This document shows positions 1 to 11,149 of a DNA stretch of 64,000 nt, piece by piece. Both the position numbers and the translations under genes were made by a program. The stretch comes from Tetramitus jugosus. Taxonomy: Eukaryota; Protista; Heterolobosea. How positions within the stretch are numbered: the stretch's first letter is position 1; every line of letters begins with the position of its first letter. The notes under the pieces were generated by a model. That model worked only from the letters and a program-made list of their open reading frames with translations. It did not search any database and was not told the DNA's origin. Location: assembly GCA_937625935.1 (NCBI GenBank), contig OW569371.1, positions 372,001 to 436,000 on the forward strand, in the 5' to 3' direction.

Positions 1-2
1 AG

Positions 3-692
3 AGTAAGTTGTTCGTAGATGACTACAGCAACTACCACTTACGGGACAAAGGCACTATTCTTTCTCCAAGCGGTCATTTTTGGTTTACATTTGATCTTGA
101 TGAATTTGTGTTAATGTCAAAGGATCACAAACCAACAAGCCTTCCTATACTTCATTCAAGAATACTGAAAGAAAAATTAGATAACAGCAGTAAGCCTGAC
201 TTCAGAAAGCTTCTCAAGCATAGACAAGAACTATTCTCCCGTGAGATTTTCGAGTTGGATACGATGTTTTATAACTCTAAAAAACCTCCGGTTGATCCTG
301 AAATTTTGAGACATATTCTGGGCACTGGTGGTGGAGAAGATCACGACGTAGCCATAGAAACAGTATTCCAGAAGGGAGAGAATGACTCTGTTGGAGTGTA
401 CTATTCAAAGAACATTAATACTTTGATCAGAGATGCCAGGATTGAGGAGAGTGACAATGAACAAGACAATACTCTCGCACGCAGAAATGCATATCACAGA
501 GCTCAATTCTCGATAGAAATGTGCTCTGTGTGTCACCAATACTGCCAATTAAGCAACTATAATGTCATGATTCCAACGACATGTGATCTCATGCAGTGCT
601 ACTTGTCAACAATTGAAACAGCATTCAAAAATTCGGTCATGTTTCGCCCCAAACAGAAAACGTGCTACAAGTGCAAAACACAGCAGCGATGA
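3..692 (+). CDS. Hypothetical protein, probably 5'-truncated by the window edge; C-terminal Cys pairs (CSVC...CYKC), possible zinc finger
   Basis: Frame is open from the window start to TGA at 690-692; CxxC motifs near the C-terminus; no recognisable family. Confidence 0.55.
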   Translation, partial: SKLFVDDYSNYHLRDKGTILSPSGHFWFTFDLDEFVLMSKDHKPTSLPILHSRILKEKLDNSSKPDFRKLLKHRQELFSREIFELDTMFYNSKKPPVDPEILRHILGTGGGEDHDVAIETVFQKGENDSVGVYYSKNINTLIRDARIEESDNEQDNTLARRNAYHRAQFSIEMCSVCHQYCQLSNYNVMIPTTCDLMQCYLSTIETAFKNSVMFRPKQKTCYKCKTQQR

Positions 693-716
693 ACTGGACT
701 TAAGTCTGACAGACCT

Positions 717-724
717 TTTCCCGC
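717..724 (+). promoter_or_regulatory. Candidate E2F-binding site TTTCCCGC upstream of CDC6
   Basis: Exact match to the E2F consensus TTTSSCGC, 50 bp before the CDC6 ATG; CDC6 is a classic E2F target in animals and plants. Confidence 0.5.
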
Positions 725-773
725 GTTTCTTCGGGCGTTGTTGTTTTGCAAAACAAAAAAGTTCAAAAGAAAA

Positions 774-2474
774 ATGGAACCAGACAACGCAGTCAACAGC
801 AGCAGTTATCCTGTCATCTCCAGGAAAAATCGCAAAAGAAAGATTGCAGCGGTAGTGACGTCTGATGGATCATCGTCACAACCAACTGATTGTGATGCAC
901 CTCCTCCTCCTCCCATGGAAGAAGCACAAGACAATCATGGCGGTGAAGATATCACCATTGTCACAAGGGTCATCTCGCGCAAAAATCGAATCAAGCGAAG
1001 AAAAACAACAGTCACTGAAGCAACTGTGGTTGCACAAGAACAACAACAAGAAGAATCAAGACCACTTGATCAAGACAAACCCACCAGTGCTGCAATCTCA
1101 ACAACAGAAGCGACTGTTGTTGTGGAAGCAACACAAGCACAGCAACAACAACAACAAGAACAACGGACAAAGGAACCACTTTTGCTCTCTCAAGTGCTTC
1201 AACAGTTTGAATTGGCTAGAAGATCCGTATCGAGAAGTCACACCATCACCCAACTCTCTCAGAGAGACAAGGAAGAACAGTTTTTGAGACAAATGATTGA
1301 AAATTGTGTGGAGGAACATGTGGGGGCAGGAATTATTCTTGCTGGTCAACCAGGCACAGGCAAAACGGCAAGTGTTGACATTTTGTTGGACTCGTATGGT
1401 GGTGCTGGAGGCAATCGAACAATGAAAATTCTCAAATTGAACTGCATGGGTCATGCAAAGGGTGATTTTGTTCGAATTATTGGCAATTTTTTATTGTCGG
1501 ACTCTGTCTCAGGCAGTAGCAATAGTGATCTTGTGGTCGCGGAGGATCTGTCTGGTAGTGGTAGTATCAATGAGAAGAGAGCTTACATTACGAATCAATA
1601 CATGAAGCGTGTGGCTGCCGCTTCGAACATTGAAGGTGGAATCGGAGCCAAAACTGGTTTCAATAAGTTAAAATTAATAGTGTTGGATGAGATTGAGTCC
1701 GTTCCTGATAAGATGTTACTGCAAGACATGTTGAAATGGACCAAGAATCGACCATTGGTTATCATTGGCATAACAAACGATGCCAACAATGTCTCTATTT
1801 GGAAACAAGACTTTGAGCATCAATTAAGCTTCTCGCCCTATTCCAAGGCACAGATGAAAAATATTTTGTCTGATCGTTTGAAGGGATATGAACAATTGCT
1901 CTCGAAACCTGCTCTTGAGTTCATATCGGCCAAGACTTTTGATAGTGGTAGTGCCCGTACTTGTCTCGATATAGCGGAAGCTGCAATGGGCTCCGTAATT
2001 CATGAAATAACGCACATTATTCGAACAAAGGGCGATATGGAAATTACAGAGCAAGACAATACGTACAAGGTACAGCTAAAGCATGTTCAACCGCACATTA
2101 AGAGCAGTTTAACAATATCAAGTAAGATTGAAACAATTGTTGGACTCCCTTCAGCGCAAAAGATGCTTCTTTGTTCATGCTTTAAGCTCTTGAAATTGGA
2201 AAAGAAAGAGTTTACAATTGACGCTCTGTCTAGTTTCTATTCAAAGTTTAGGCAACACCCTGAATTGAAGGATATGGTGACCCGTCTAACCTCCCAACAA
2301 ATCATAGATTTCTGCAAACGATTGCAAGACAATGGTTTGATTAGTATTGCTCTGCCTCGTGGTTCCAAGGTTGTATCTCCCAAATGTAAGGTTTCTCTCG
2401 ACTTGTCTGAAAATGATATGGTGACAGCTCTAGGCAAATTCACATGGTACACCAAAATCATGGAAATGAAATAA
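774..2474 (+). CDS. CDC6: Cell division control protein 6 (CDC6/ORC1-family AAA+ ATPase with C-terminal winged helix)
   Basis: Walker A GQPGTGKT, LNCM motif, Walker B LIVLDEIE, sensor IGITND, FSPYSKAQM, GSARTCLDI, LPSAQKMLLC; first ATG at 774. Confidence 0.85.
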   Translation: MEPDNAVNSSSYPVISRKNRKRKIAAVVTSDGSSSQPTDCDAPPPPPMEEAQDNHGGEDITIVTRVISRKNRIKRRKTTVTEATVVAQEQQQEESRPLDQDKPTSAAISTTEATVVVEATQAQQQQQQEQRTKEPLLLSQVLQQFELARRSVSRSHTITQLSQRDKEEQFLRQMIENCVEEHVGAGIILAGQPGTGKTASVDILLDSYGGAGGNRTMKILKLNCMGHAKGDFVRIIGNFLLSDSVSGSSNSDLVVAEDLSGSGSINEKRAYITNQYMKRVAAASNIEGGIGAKTGFNKLKLIVLDEIESVPDKMLLQDMLKWTKNRPLVIIGITNDANNVSIWKQDFEHQLSFSPYSKAQMKNILSDRLKGYEQLLSKPALEFISAKTFDSGSARTCLDIAEAAMGSVIHEITHIIRTKGDMEITEQDNTYKVQLKHVQPHIKSSLTISSKIETIVGLPSAQKMLLCSCFKLLKLEKKEFTIDALSSFYSKFRQHPELKDMVTRLTSQQIIDFCKRLQDNGLISIALPRGSKVVSPKCKVSLDLSENDMVTALGKFTWYTKIMEMK

Positions 2475-2553
2475 AGGTTGTATCGTGCATAGGTCTCCAC
2501 CCAATTCCATCCTTCTCGCCGCGTAACAACACGGAACAGTAGTTCGAACGAAC

Positions 2554-2561
2554 GCGCCAAA
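2554..2561 (-). promoter_or_regulatory. Candidate E2F-binding site (TTTGGCGC on the minus strand)
   Basis: GCGCCAAA at 2554-2561, about 90 bp upstream of the ATG at 2652. Confidence 0.4.
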
Positions 2562-2651
2562 ACCTATCGAAGAACCGTTACTCATCGACCTACAAAATTG
2601 AGAATTGTTGTGCCTTGACAACCAACAATTAAAAGAATCAAACAAAAGATC

Positions 2652-5162
2652 ATGGATTCAAGGAGAGCTCTATCAGATATCACTAATATTTCGGTATGTA
2701 CTTGGTACTCAAGAATATGGACATTATTGTTACTCGAGCAACAAACTCACATTCCTTCTTAATCATAGTCGATACATACTCCCAGGATAAAGGGTACGAT
2801 CATGAAACCAACAACAATCAAAACTCCAGCCACCTTTGTCTATGAAGATCCAATTATCGATCCCGATCGAGAGATGACTCAACTATTTGAAGAACTGGGA
2901 GAACTCCATAATCAGAATGAAAAGATGATAAAGAAGTATAACATTCAGAAAATGAATGTGCATAAACTACAGGAACACATTGAGTCTCAAAACTCTCAAA
3001 TCGAAGAATTTGAAACTATCATCAAAGAACTCAGAAACCAACTCACCGATATGGACCATAAGTTACGGTCTGAAAAGTCTGCTATCAGCTCTGAGAACGA
3101 GGAAAAGATACGGTTGTTATCTGAGAAAGTGATTCAGTTGAATGAAAAACTAAAGCAAGAGGAAGAATCAAAGAGTAAGTTGGAGTCTCTTGTAAGAACT
3201 AAGGACACAAAACTGAGGGATCAAAGTGAAAAACTGCAGAAACTATCTACTGCGGACGAAAGATCGACTAAGAAAACTCAGGAGTCTCTGAAACAGAGGG
3301 AATTATCACTTCAAAAACTAACAAAGGACTTGGAGAAAGAAAAGAAGCTTCGACTTGATACTGAGAAAAAGTATTCCCTTTTGGAAGACCAGGTGGAAAC
3401 TCTTCAAACGAAGTTATCATCGTCAGTGGAGGATAATGACTCTACCACTAAGCTGCTAGATCTTATGGAAGCTAAATTAAAGAGAGCTGTAGAAACTAAG
3501 GAAAGTTTCCAAGAAAAACTGAAGATCGAAGAGAGCAAAAGAGAAGAAGAAGGAAAGGAACTTTGCTCTCTTCGTGAAGAAATGACAAAAATCTGTGAAA
3601 CTGCCCTCGCAGAAAAGCAGCATTCCGAGGAACTAGAGACAGAATTAGAGGAACTCAGAATGGAACATCAAAAAGCTATCCGAGAACTCCAAGACCTCCG
3701 TTCTTCTGAAAAGATCGCTAAGCTCGAGACAGATAAGATCAGTGAGGTTAAGAGACACCTGGAACTGTTGTTGTCACAAAAGGTAGAGGAATATGATTCA
3801 TCAGTTGCTGAATTAGCAGAAAAAATTCAATCCTTGGAGAAAGAGTGTCAATCTTTCAAGCAAACAGTCTCAGAGAAAGATTTGGAAGTTGTAGAGGCCA
3901 AGAGAAGAGAAGATGAACTCCGATTAAAACTCAACACCTATGCCCAAAAGTTGCAGAAAGAATTAGATAGCAAGAAATCACTTGCAGAATCTCTTGAGAA
4001 GAAGGATGTGGAACTTAATTTAGTTCAAGAGCGAAGAATTGCCCTTCAGAAACGAATTGACAAAGATTCAAGGATAGCCAAGAAAGCGATCGAGGAAAAG
4101 GAAAAGTTTGAAGGAGCGTTTACGAAGATGAAAACTCAACTTCATGACTTGGAAAACAAGTTTTCAAAGAAGGAAAAGGAACATGAAAAACTGCTTCAAA
4201 AACATGCACTTCTTCAAGAAGAGTTCGATAAAGAAAAGGTGAAAGGTGAAAGAACGTGGTCCGAACTGGAAGAAAGTATGAAACTATTGAAGCAAGTCCA
4301 AAATGAAAAGGGAGCGATAGAAAAGGCTGCTAAGCATGCTCATGAAGTCCTCGAAATGAAAATGAACAATAAGCTCACGATGCTGGAAAAGAAGTGTGAG
4401 TATTTGAAGAGAATGAATGACTTTGCTTGTAGAGATTCTAATCAGGAGGGCTTACCCGAAGAATACATGAAAGAACAACAAGAACGTATTCTCCAATTAA
4501 TGACAGATCATGAAGAGTTGAGTGAGGCTCTTGGTAATGTTGAAACACATCTAATTGCTAAAGAAAGAGAACTCGATCTATCGAATGAGAAGATTAGACA
4601 ACTTGAAGATTTACTAAATACTCAGCACAGGAAAAAAACGAGTGAGTTGAAAGGGGTAAAGAATGATCTACCAAAGAAAATTTTAATTCTCGAAAAGTCT
4701 CTTGACGAAGTACTATTGGAAGTTGGAGCAGAAGGAATACAGCCAAGTAAAATGAATCCTAGAGAGAAAGCATTAGTAATTGTGGGTAAATTGCAAGAGA
4801 ATAAGAAAGAACTAACTCGTTTGTTGGTCGATAGGAATATTCTTAATGAGGAGATATCAAAGTTGAAGCAGGACCTAGAGGACCAATTCTCCAAAGCCCA
4901 AGAGAATCTCGAGCCCACAATTGTGGAGAAGATTGTGGAAGTTAACAACAATACCCAGTATGATGAGTTACAAACAAAATACAACCAACTCTATGAGCAA
5001 TGTCAAAAGTACAAGTCATGGGTTCTGAAATTCACATCAAACCTGAAGGGAAGAAGAATGGAAGGTAGCCAGAATGACTCTGATTCTTCAGACGATGAAT
5101 CTTCAGTATCACAACAACGGTCCCCAGAACAAGCGCTTCACGTCCCAATGACAGGTCAGTGA
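2652..5162 (+). CDS. Long coiled-coil protein with N-terminal destruction box; exons 2652-2693 and 2769-5162
   Basis: Exon 1 (MDSRRALSDITNIS) joins in frame to the 786-aa ORF through intron 2694-2768 (GTATGT...CATAG); heptad E/K/L-rich body. Confidence 0.8.
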
Positions 5163-5801
5163 ACTGATCTTGTTCGCTGAAAGAAGATGATACGAAAGAT
5201 GACCGAAGAATGTAAGAATTCTTTGTAAAATATTGTAAAAGATTCATTTCAATTTCTTGTTTGCCGAGTGTGGAGTGTGGACACCCCCGCAAGAGTTTAA
5301 TGGAACACTGGAGGTTTCGAGAAGGAAACCAATACCCGAGATATCCCCGAACCCCGAGCACTTATTCACATGGATAAAATGAAGTCTCAAACAGAAAGTA
5401 CACTTTGCACTAGAAAGAGTTCGCGGACCGTTTGGGTCATTGAGATGAACTCAAAAAGAGAAACAAAAAAGTGGGAAATTCTTGATGAGCTGTTGTAATC
5501 AGCAGATGCGATTTCCCGGCTGTCGAATATCACGCGTGCAAGTCAAAACCCAACGGAACCCGTCTTGCGTCAATTCTCCGTGCACACCCCAATTCCCTTT
5601 CACACGACACACAAACTTTCTTTGCTTGTGCTCGAACCAAGTTTCAGTCGAACAACAACAACCACACAACTACCACCTAAAAGCTCTACCTTTCCCAGCA
5701 CACCTACAAACCACTTACACACACACAAGATCGCTGTCACAAACATCATCATCATCAGGACCTAGGTAACCACACTAAAATTCAACAACAACAACAACAA
5801 T

Positions 5802-7600
5802 ATGAAGACTAGTTTTACGCATGATAACAAGCCAATGAGAATCTTGGACATTCTCATCCCTACTTGTGCCGCCTGGATTGTATACTACACCAGAAACATT
5901 TGGGTTCACACTTATCATACACTTGGCTATGGTGGATGCTCTGTGTTGGCCATTGTTTTTGCAGTCGTTTACTATTACTTGCAAAAGTGGATCAATCACA
6001 TTACACAACCAGCTAGAAGTCATGTCACTGTGGACTCTAACGGAAAGATTTCTTGTTCCAACTGGGGAATGAATCAGAGCTTCAACCCTGCAGAGTTGGT
6101 TGTTCCTCGCACATTGGACGGTATGTGTTTATTTCTTGTTGTCTTGTGGTGTGTGTGGTGTGCGTGCGTGTTTTTTTTTTGATCACACACCACCACCATT
6201 ACGACCAATTTTTTTTTGTTGTTGTTGGTCTGACAATCATGTGGGTCATCAACAATCATGTGAAGGTCATTGACTAATCAACATCATTTGGATCTAAAAA
6301 AATATATACAGAATTAAAGGATGCCATTGTCAATAGAAAACACAAGCACATTAAGCCATTTGGTGCATTGCACTCTTGGTCTGCTTGCTTCAAGACGGAT
6401 GGACTTGCCATTGATATGAAACAATTGAACAAGGTGTTGCACATTGATGATGAAAAGAAGACTATCAAGGCAGAGGGTGGTATCATGCTCAAGGACATGT
6501 TTGAGGCACTCAAGCCACACAAGCTTGCCATTGCCACCATGCCAAATGTCAATATGATTTCATTGGCTGGTGCAGTGAGCAATGGAACACACGGCACCAA
6601 CATTACTCATGGAACATTTGCTGATTTGGTCGAAGAGATTGAATTGATTGACTATAGAGGAAAGATGTGGACATTGAGAAGAGATGCTACGGACGAGACT
6701 GAAAAAAAGTACTTTGATGCTGCTGTTGTCTCATTTGGATCACTCGGTATCATTTACAGCATCACCATGAGATGCATTCCAGAGTACAATATGATTATTT
6801 ATAGAGAGACTGCCTCATTGAAGCACTTTATCAAGAATGTGGTAGACATTTCTCATTCCTACATGGGTTGCATGACTGTTATTTTGCCATCATTGGGCGA
6901 AGTCATGATCAAGACTCAATCCAGAATTAAGCCACTCGGTGCCGATGCAGTCACCATGAAGACTGGTCACAGTTTCTCTCGTTTTGAAGTGTTGGGTGCC
7001 ATGCTCGTTCACATTGGCCTCGACTTTTTGCCATCTGCTGTCGTTCGATTGATCAAAATGTATCCAATGATGAAGTGGAAGTGGAGTGGAATCACTGTTG
7101 TGCCATGGGATCAAGCAGAACAATTGCCTCACACCAAGAGATTTATCAACATGGAATACGCTATTGCAGAGGAAAACATTTCAAAGGCTGTCCAATTTGT
7201 CAGTGACTTGGTTGCACGATACGAAAAGGATGGAAACTACTATAGACAGATGGCTTGGTGCGTGAGACCTGTCGGTGCTGATTCAAGAGGATTCTTGTCC
7301 AGCACGAGAAACACCTCTGGCAAACCAACCTACTATGTCGATGTTCCATATCAGAACAACTTGTCTGGTAGTGAAGTCAGCTTCTACAAGGAGTTGGAAC
7401 AGGGATTGTTGGGATTGGGAGGACGTGTCAGCTTCTCTCGTCTCTTCTGGGACCACTCTCCACACGTCTTGAGAAACTTCCCTGACAGAGACAGATTTGT
7501 TGAAGTCAAGAAGGAGCTTGACCCTGAGAACGTGTTCACCAACAGACTGACCGACGCTGTGTTGTTTGGTGGTGCCAACGCCAGTGAATACGCTTGCTAA
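5802..7600 (+). CDS. FAD-linked oxidoreductase (aldonolactone oxidase/VAO fold) with N-terminal hydrophobic segments; exons 5802-6120 and 6312-7600
   Basis: SNWG...P, GALHSWS, SLAGAVSNGTHG, SFGSLGII and C-terminal LDPENVFTN; intron GTATGT...GACTAAT...TACAG restores the frame (RTLD/ELKDAI). Confidence 0.85.
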
Positions 7601-7832
7601 ACACCCGAGCATCCCAGTTCACACAAAACAAAAAAGCACACACTGGTAATGCTGAGTCAAGTTTCGAACGAATGACCTCACTCAACCAACCATTATTATT
7701 ATTTTAAACTAAATCGAATAAATCAAAACAATCATCAAAACCAACTTGATTTTGTTTGGAATTGTTTCGGGTCAGTGTTTTCTTCAGGTTGAAAAAAGGG
7801 AGAACTAACCACCCGAACGAACGACTGAAAAC

Positions 7833-9050
7833 ATGAAGAAACGTGACAATACCGAGTCGAGCCGTCGTGCATCGGTTCTGGATAAAAACAAGAATGTACC
7901 TAAACGAATAAGAAGAAATGATGATGATTACATGGCAATGTACGATTATAATGACATGATTGGAGGTGACTACGACGCAATCATGAATATGTCCAATAGT
8001 TGGCGGATCGACAGACCCCACAAAAACATGGACCAAAACCTATCCGACTACTCATTGACAATATTTGACTGTGGCACTACATTTCAAATTGGTTCTGTTC
8101 TGTGTAGGGACGTTTGGTCGAAAATTATTGAGTTTTGTGACACTCGAGAATGGTTGCAATTGAGTTACACTTGCAGGGGAATTCATCAATTCAAATTCGA
8201 TCCATTGTTCATGTTCAACAAGAAGAGAACATTAAAGGACATGTTGGATCAAGATATTCGATTTTGGTTTCAATTGGGAAAAGGAAGACTGTTCAATGTT
8301 GACTTGAACAAGAGTAAGAATATGAGGGATGAACATGTTCAAATGTTAGAAGGTATTCACACACTCGATATCAATGGTTGTACCGAAATCACTGACAAAG
8401 CGTTTGTTCATTTAACAGGTATTCATACCCTCAACATGAGTCGTTGCCAACAAATTCTAGGCAGTGCATTCGCTCATTTGACTGGTATTCATACCATCGA
8501 TATGAGCTATTGTGACCAAATCACAGATCAAACGTTATCTCTGCTAGCGGGAATTCACACACTCGATATCAGCGGTTGCAGACAAATCACAGACCAAGGG
8601 CTTATTCATTTGGCTGGCATTCACACACTAAATGTTGCTTCTTGCCTCATTACCGATCAAGCTTTCTCTCATTTGACTGGCATTCACACACTCAATGTTA
8701 GTTTTTGCACCAATATTACAGATCAAGCCTTTTCTCATTTGGCTGGTGTTCACACGCTCAAGATGCATTATTGCACTCGTATCACGGATCAAGCCTTGGT
8801 GCATTTGGCTGGCATCCACACACTCGAGATGAATGGTTGCAAACAAATCACAGACAATGCATTCTCTCATTTGACTAGTATTCGCATTCTCGCGATGGAT
8901 TATCACAGCTCGAGGACGGAGAAGGCATTAGTCTATTTGAAGGGCCTTCGCACACTTGAGTTAACTTTTTGTAAACGAGATGAATATGCCAGGCGATCTG
9001 TGGCGAAAATGGAAAATTGTACAGTCCGTACTTTTTTCAAGGGCTTGTAA
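7833..9050 (+). CDS. F-box-like / leucine-rich repeat protein with about 8 tandem 25-aa LRRs
   Basis: F-box-like LCRDVWSKIIEFC...LSYTCR, then repeats of consensus LxGIHTLxxSxCxxITDQAFxH. Confidence 0.85.
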   Translation: MKKRDNTESSRRASVLDKNKNVPKRIRRNDDDYMAMYDYNDMIGGDYDAIMNMSNSWRIDRPHKNMDQNLSDYSLTIFDCGTTFQIGSVLCRDVWSKIIEFCDTREWLQLSYTCRGIHQFKFDPLFMFNKKRTLKDMLDQDIRFWFQLGKGRLFNVDLNKSKNMRDEHVQMLEGIHTLDINGCTEITDKAFVHLTGIHTLNMSRCQQILGSAFAHLTGIHTIDMSYCDQITDQTLSLLAGIHTLDISGCRQITDQGLIHLAGIHTLNVASCLITDQAFSHLTGIHTLNVSFCTNITDQAFSHLAGVHTLKMHYCTRITDQALVHLAGIHTLEMNGCKQITDNAFSHLTSIRILAMDYHSSRTEKALVYLKGLRTLELTFCKRDEYARRSVAKMENCTVRTFFKGL

Positions 9051-9222
9051 AAACCATTCTTACCTTTTACACTCATTAAACAACTACTTGAATGACTGAC
9101 TATAACTTACATCTTCCTTCATTCTCTCTTTTGTCTGCTTCTAAGGCTTCCGCCAGATTAAGAAGGAAAAGGAAACCTAGCGAACAAAAAAAAACAGATC
9201 AAAGCAATCAAGAGCGTGATCA

Positions 9223-10023
9223 ATGATGTCTGCATCCAGAAGATTGTTGTTTCCCAACAAGGCTGCCCTCACGTATACATCTTGCTATTGTGAGGAGAAT
9301 GTGTGGAAATTGTGTGAAGTGCTGCACAACCAAGTCGACTCTCATAGGAGCAACAACAACAACACCAAAGAAGACATGTCAACGAGCAGCGACAACAAGA
9401 ATGAACGTTCCTATGCACTGTTTATTAGTTCACCCACAGAGAGAACTCCCTTTTGGTTTCAAAAATCAAGACCGAACGGGCTGGTCATCTGGGATTATCA
9501 TGTAATTCTTGTGCACAGCAAGTCAAGTGATTCCGTCAAGTCGACGTCGTCTGTTGTGTATGATTTGGACACGGTGTTGCCTTTTCCTTGTCCCCTGGAT
9601 GAGTATGTGGATCGATCCATGATGACAACATTGGGCATTCGTCAAATGATTGACAGTGATAGTGAAGATGAAGACGGTAGTGAGAAAGAAGAGAATATCA
9701 AGCAGTACATGGATATGTTTGATGCGATTCGGTTCCGTTTGGTGACGAGTGAACAGTTCTTTCACAACTTTTCAAGTGACAGAAGTCATATGATCAATAA
9801 GGAAACAGAAGAATGGATGGCAACTCCTCCGACTTATCCATGCATAAAGCAACACGCATCAGATACGATGAACCTGATGAAATACAGAGATATGACTGTC
9901 AATTCTGAAACAGAGACCTCTGTGGATATTGAGACAGCTCCATTTGGAAAGGTAATGAATATGAGAGAGCTTCTACAATACTTTGGTTACAATTATGACA
10001 ATATTGCAAAGAAATACAAGTAA
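9223..10023 (+). CDS. NTAQ1: Protein N-terminal glutamine amidohydrolase
   Basis: YTSCYCEENVW, VIWDYHVI, VYDLDTVLPFP, FSSDRSHM, PPTYPCI motifs with the Cys-His-Asp triad. Confidence 0.92.
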   Translation: MMSASRRLLFPNKAALTYTSCYCEENVWKLCEVLHNQVDSHRSNNNNTKEDMSTSSDNKNERSYALFISSPTERTPFWFQKSRPNGLVIWDYHVILVHSKSSDSVKSTSSVVYDLDTVLPFPCPLDEYVDRSMMTTLGIRQMIDSDSEDEDGSEKEENIKQYMDMFDAIRFRLVTSEQFFHNFSSDRSHMINKETEEWMATPPTYPCIKQHASDTMNLMKYRDMTVNSETETSVDIETAPFGKVMNMRELLQYFGYNYDNIAKKYK

Positions 10024-10105
10024 GCAAATCAGTTGAGCTTATATTCTGTCATAATTCAGCGAGCATGAGGTGAAAGAAACAGATGTACATTTTACTGATC
10101 TATGA

Positions 10106-11046
10106 TTAGAAACCGTACTCATCATATTCATCATTGTATATGTACACATTCTTCTTGCTGAGTCTCTCGATATCTCTCTCAATTTCATCCATTTGAACCT
10201 CCAGTATTTCTCGCTTGTGTGCTTGTAGTTTATCTGCCTTCATTGAGAAGGAGAATGCTTGATATCGTTGATGAATGTCTGTCCATTTGTCTTTCAACGA
10301 ATCGATTAATCTAGCTTGTTCATCTTCTGTCAACAAACGGAGCTCTTGTCCTCCATTAGATTGTTGCATTGTCTGTAACTCCGCAATATAAGCCTTCTCG
10401 GCTTCAATCTCTTGTTTAATCTTGTCCAAGTACTCTGGAACTTTTCCATACTCTGGTTTCTGAGTGTATCTTAATTGATTTTCTCGCTGCCTCTGGGGTT
10501 GAGACAAAATTACTTCGACAGCATTGGACACTATAAAGTTCTTTTGAGTGGTCAGTCCCATGATTGGCTTTTCCTCTTTCTTGGGAACAGTGGGTTTTCT
10601 GTTCACCTGATCGGGATACCTAAATTTCTTTGCTAAATGAAAAAAGATTGATAATTAACAATCTTTAAGCTTGATCATAAAACGCAACAAAATAGCTACA
10701 TACGTCTGAGCAATGTCTTATCACTCTTCTTTAAGAAAGTGGTGGGAGAAATTTCTGTCTTCATTACCTTTCCAAACGTTGAGCGGTCCTTCCGAATCAA
10801 ATGCATGCCACCAGTATTATCAGAGTGAACATAATCTCCTGCCATGTTAGCCACTCCCGGCTTACTAGAGTTCTTCAATCCAAATGTTGATGCAGTTGGC
10901 ATCGTGTCTTTTGGATAGAGAGATCTGTACATTTTGCCCTTTTTCTGAACTGTCACAGGTTGCTCAATCAGATTGTAGACACTCTCTTCCGAGTCATGTG
11001 CGCTGTTACCTGGCAAGTAAAAGTATGTATTGGATTGATTATTCAT
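10106..11046 (-). CDS. ENKUR: Enkurin (flagellar/axonemal protein); exons 11046-10704 and 10632-10106
   Basis: ESVYNLI, KNFIVSNAVEVI, YGKVPEYL, LKDKW, LEVQMDEIERDIERLSK; 71-bp intron GTATGT...TTTAG joins the two ORFs in frame. Confidence 0.82.
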
Positions 11047-11149
11047 TCGATTGTTCTTGGTGTGAGTTGATTTTTGTGTGATCCGTTAATTTGTAGATTT
11101 GGCGCGTGGCGCGAAACAAATGAGGTCGAAGGATAGTGATTTATATACT

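Noticed and set aside
5155-5183. Possible 29-nt terminal intron (GTCAGT...AAAG) changing the C-terminus of the coiled-coil gene
   Set aside because: Much shorter than the other introns here (71-226 nt) and lacks a clear branch point; needs RNA data
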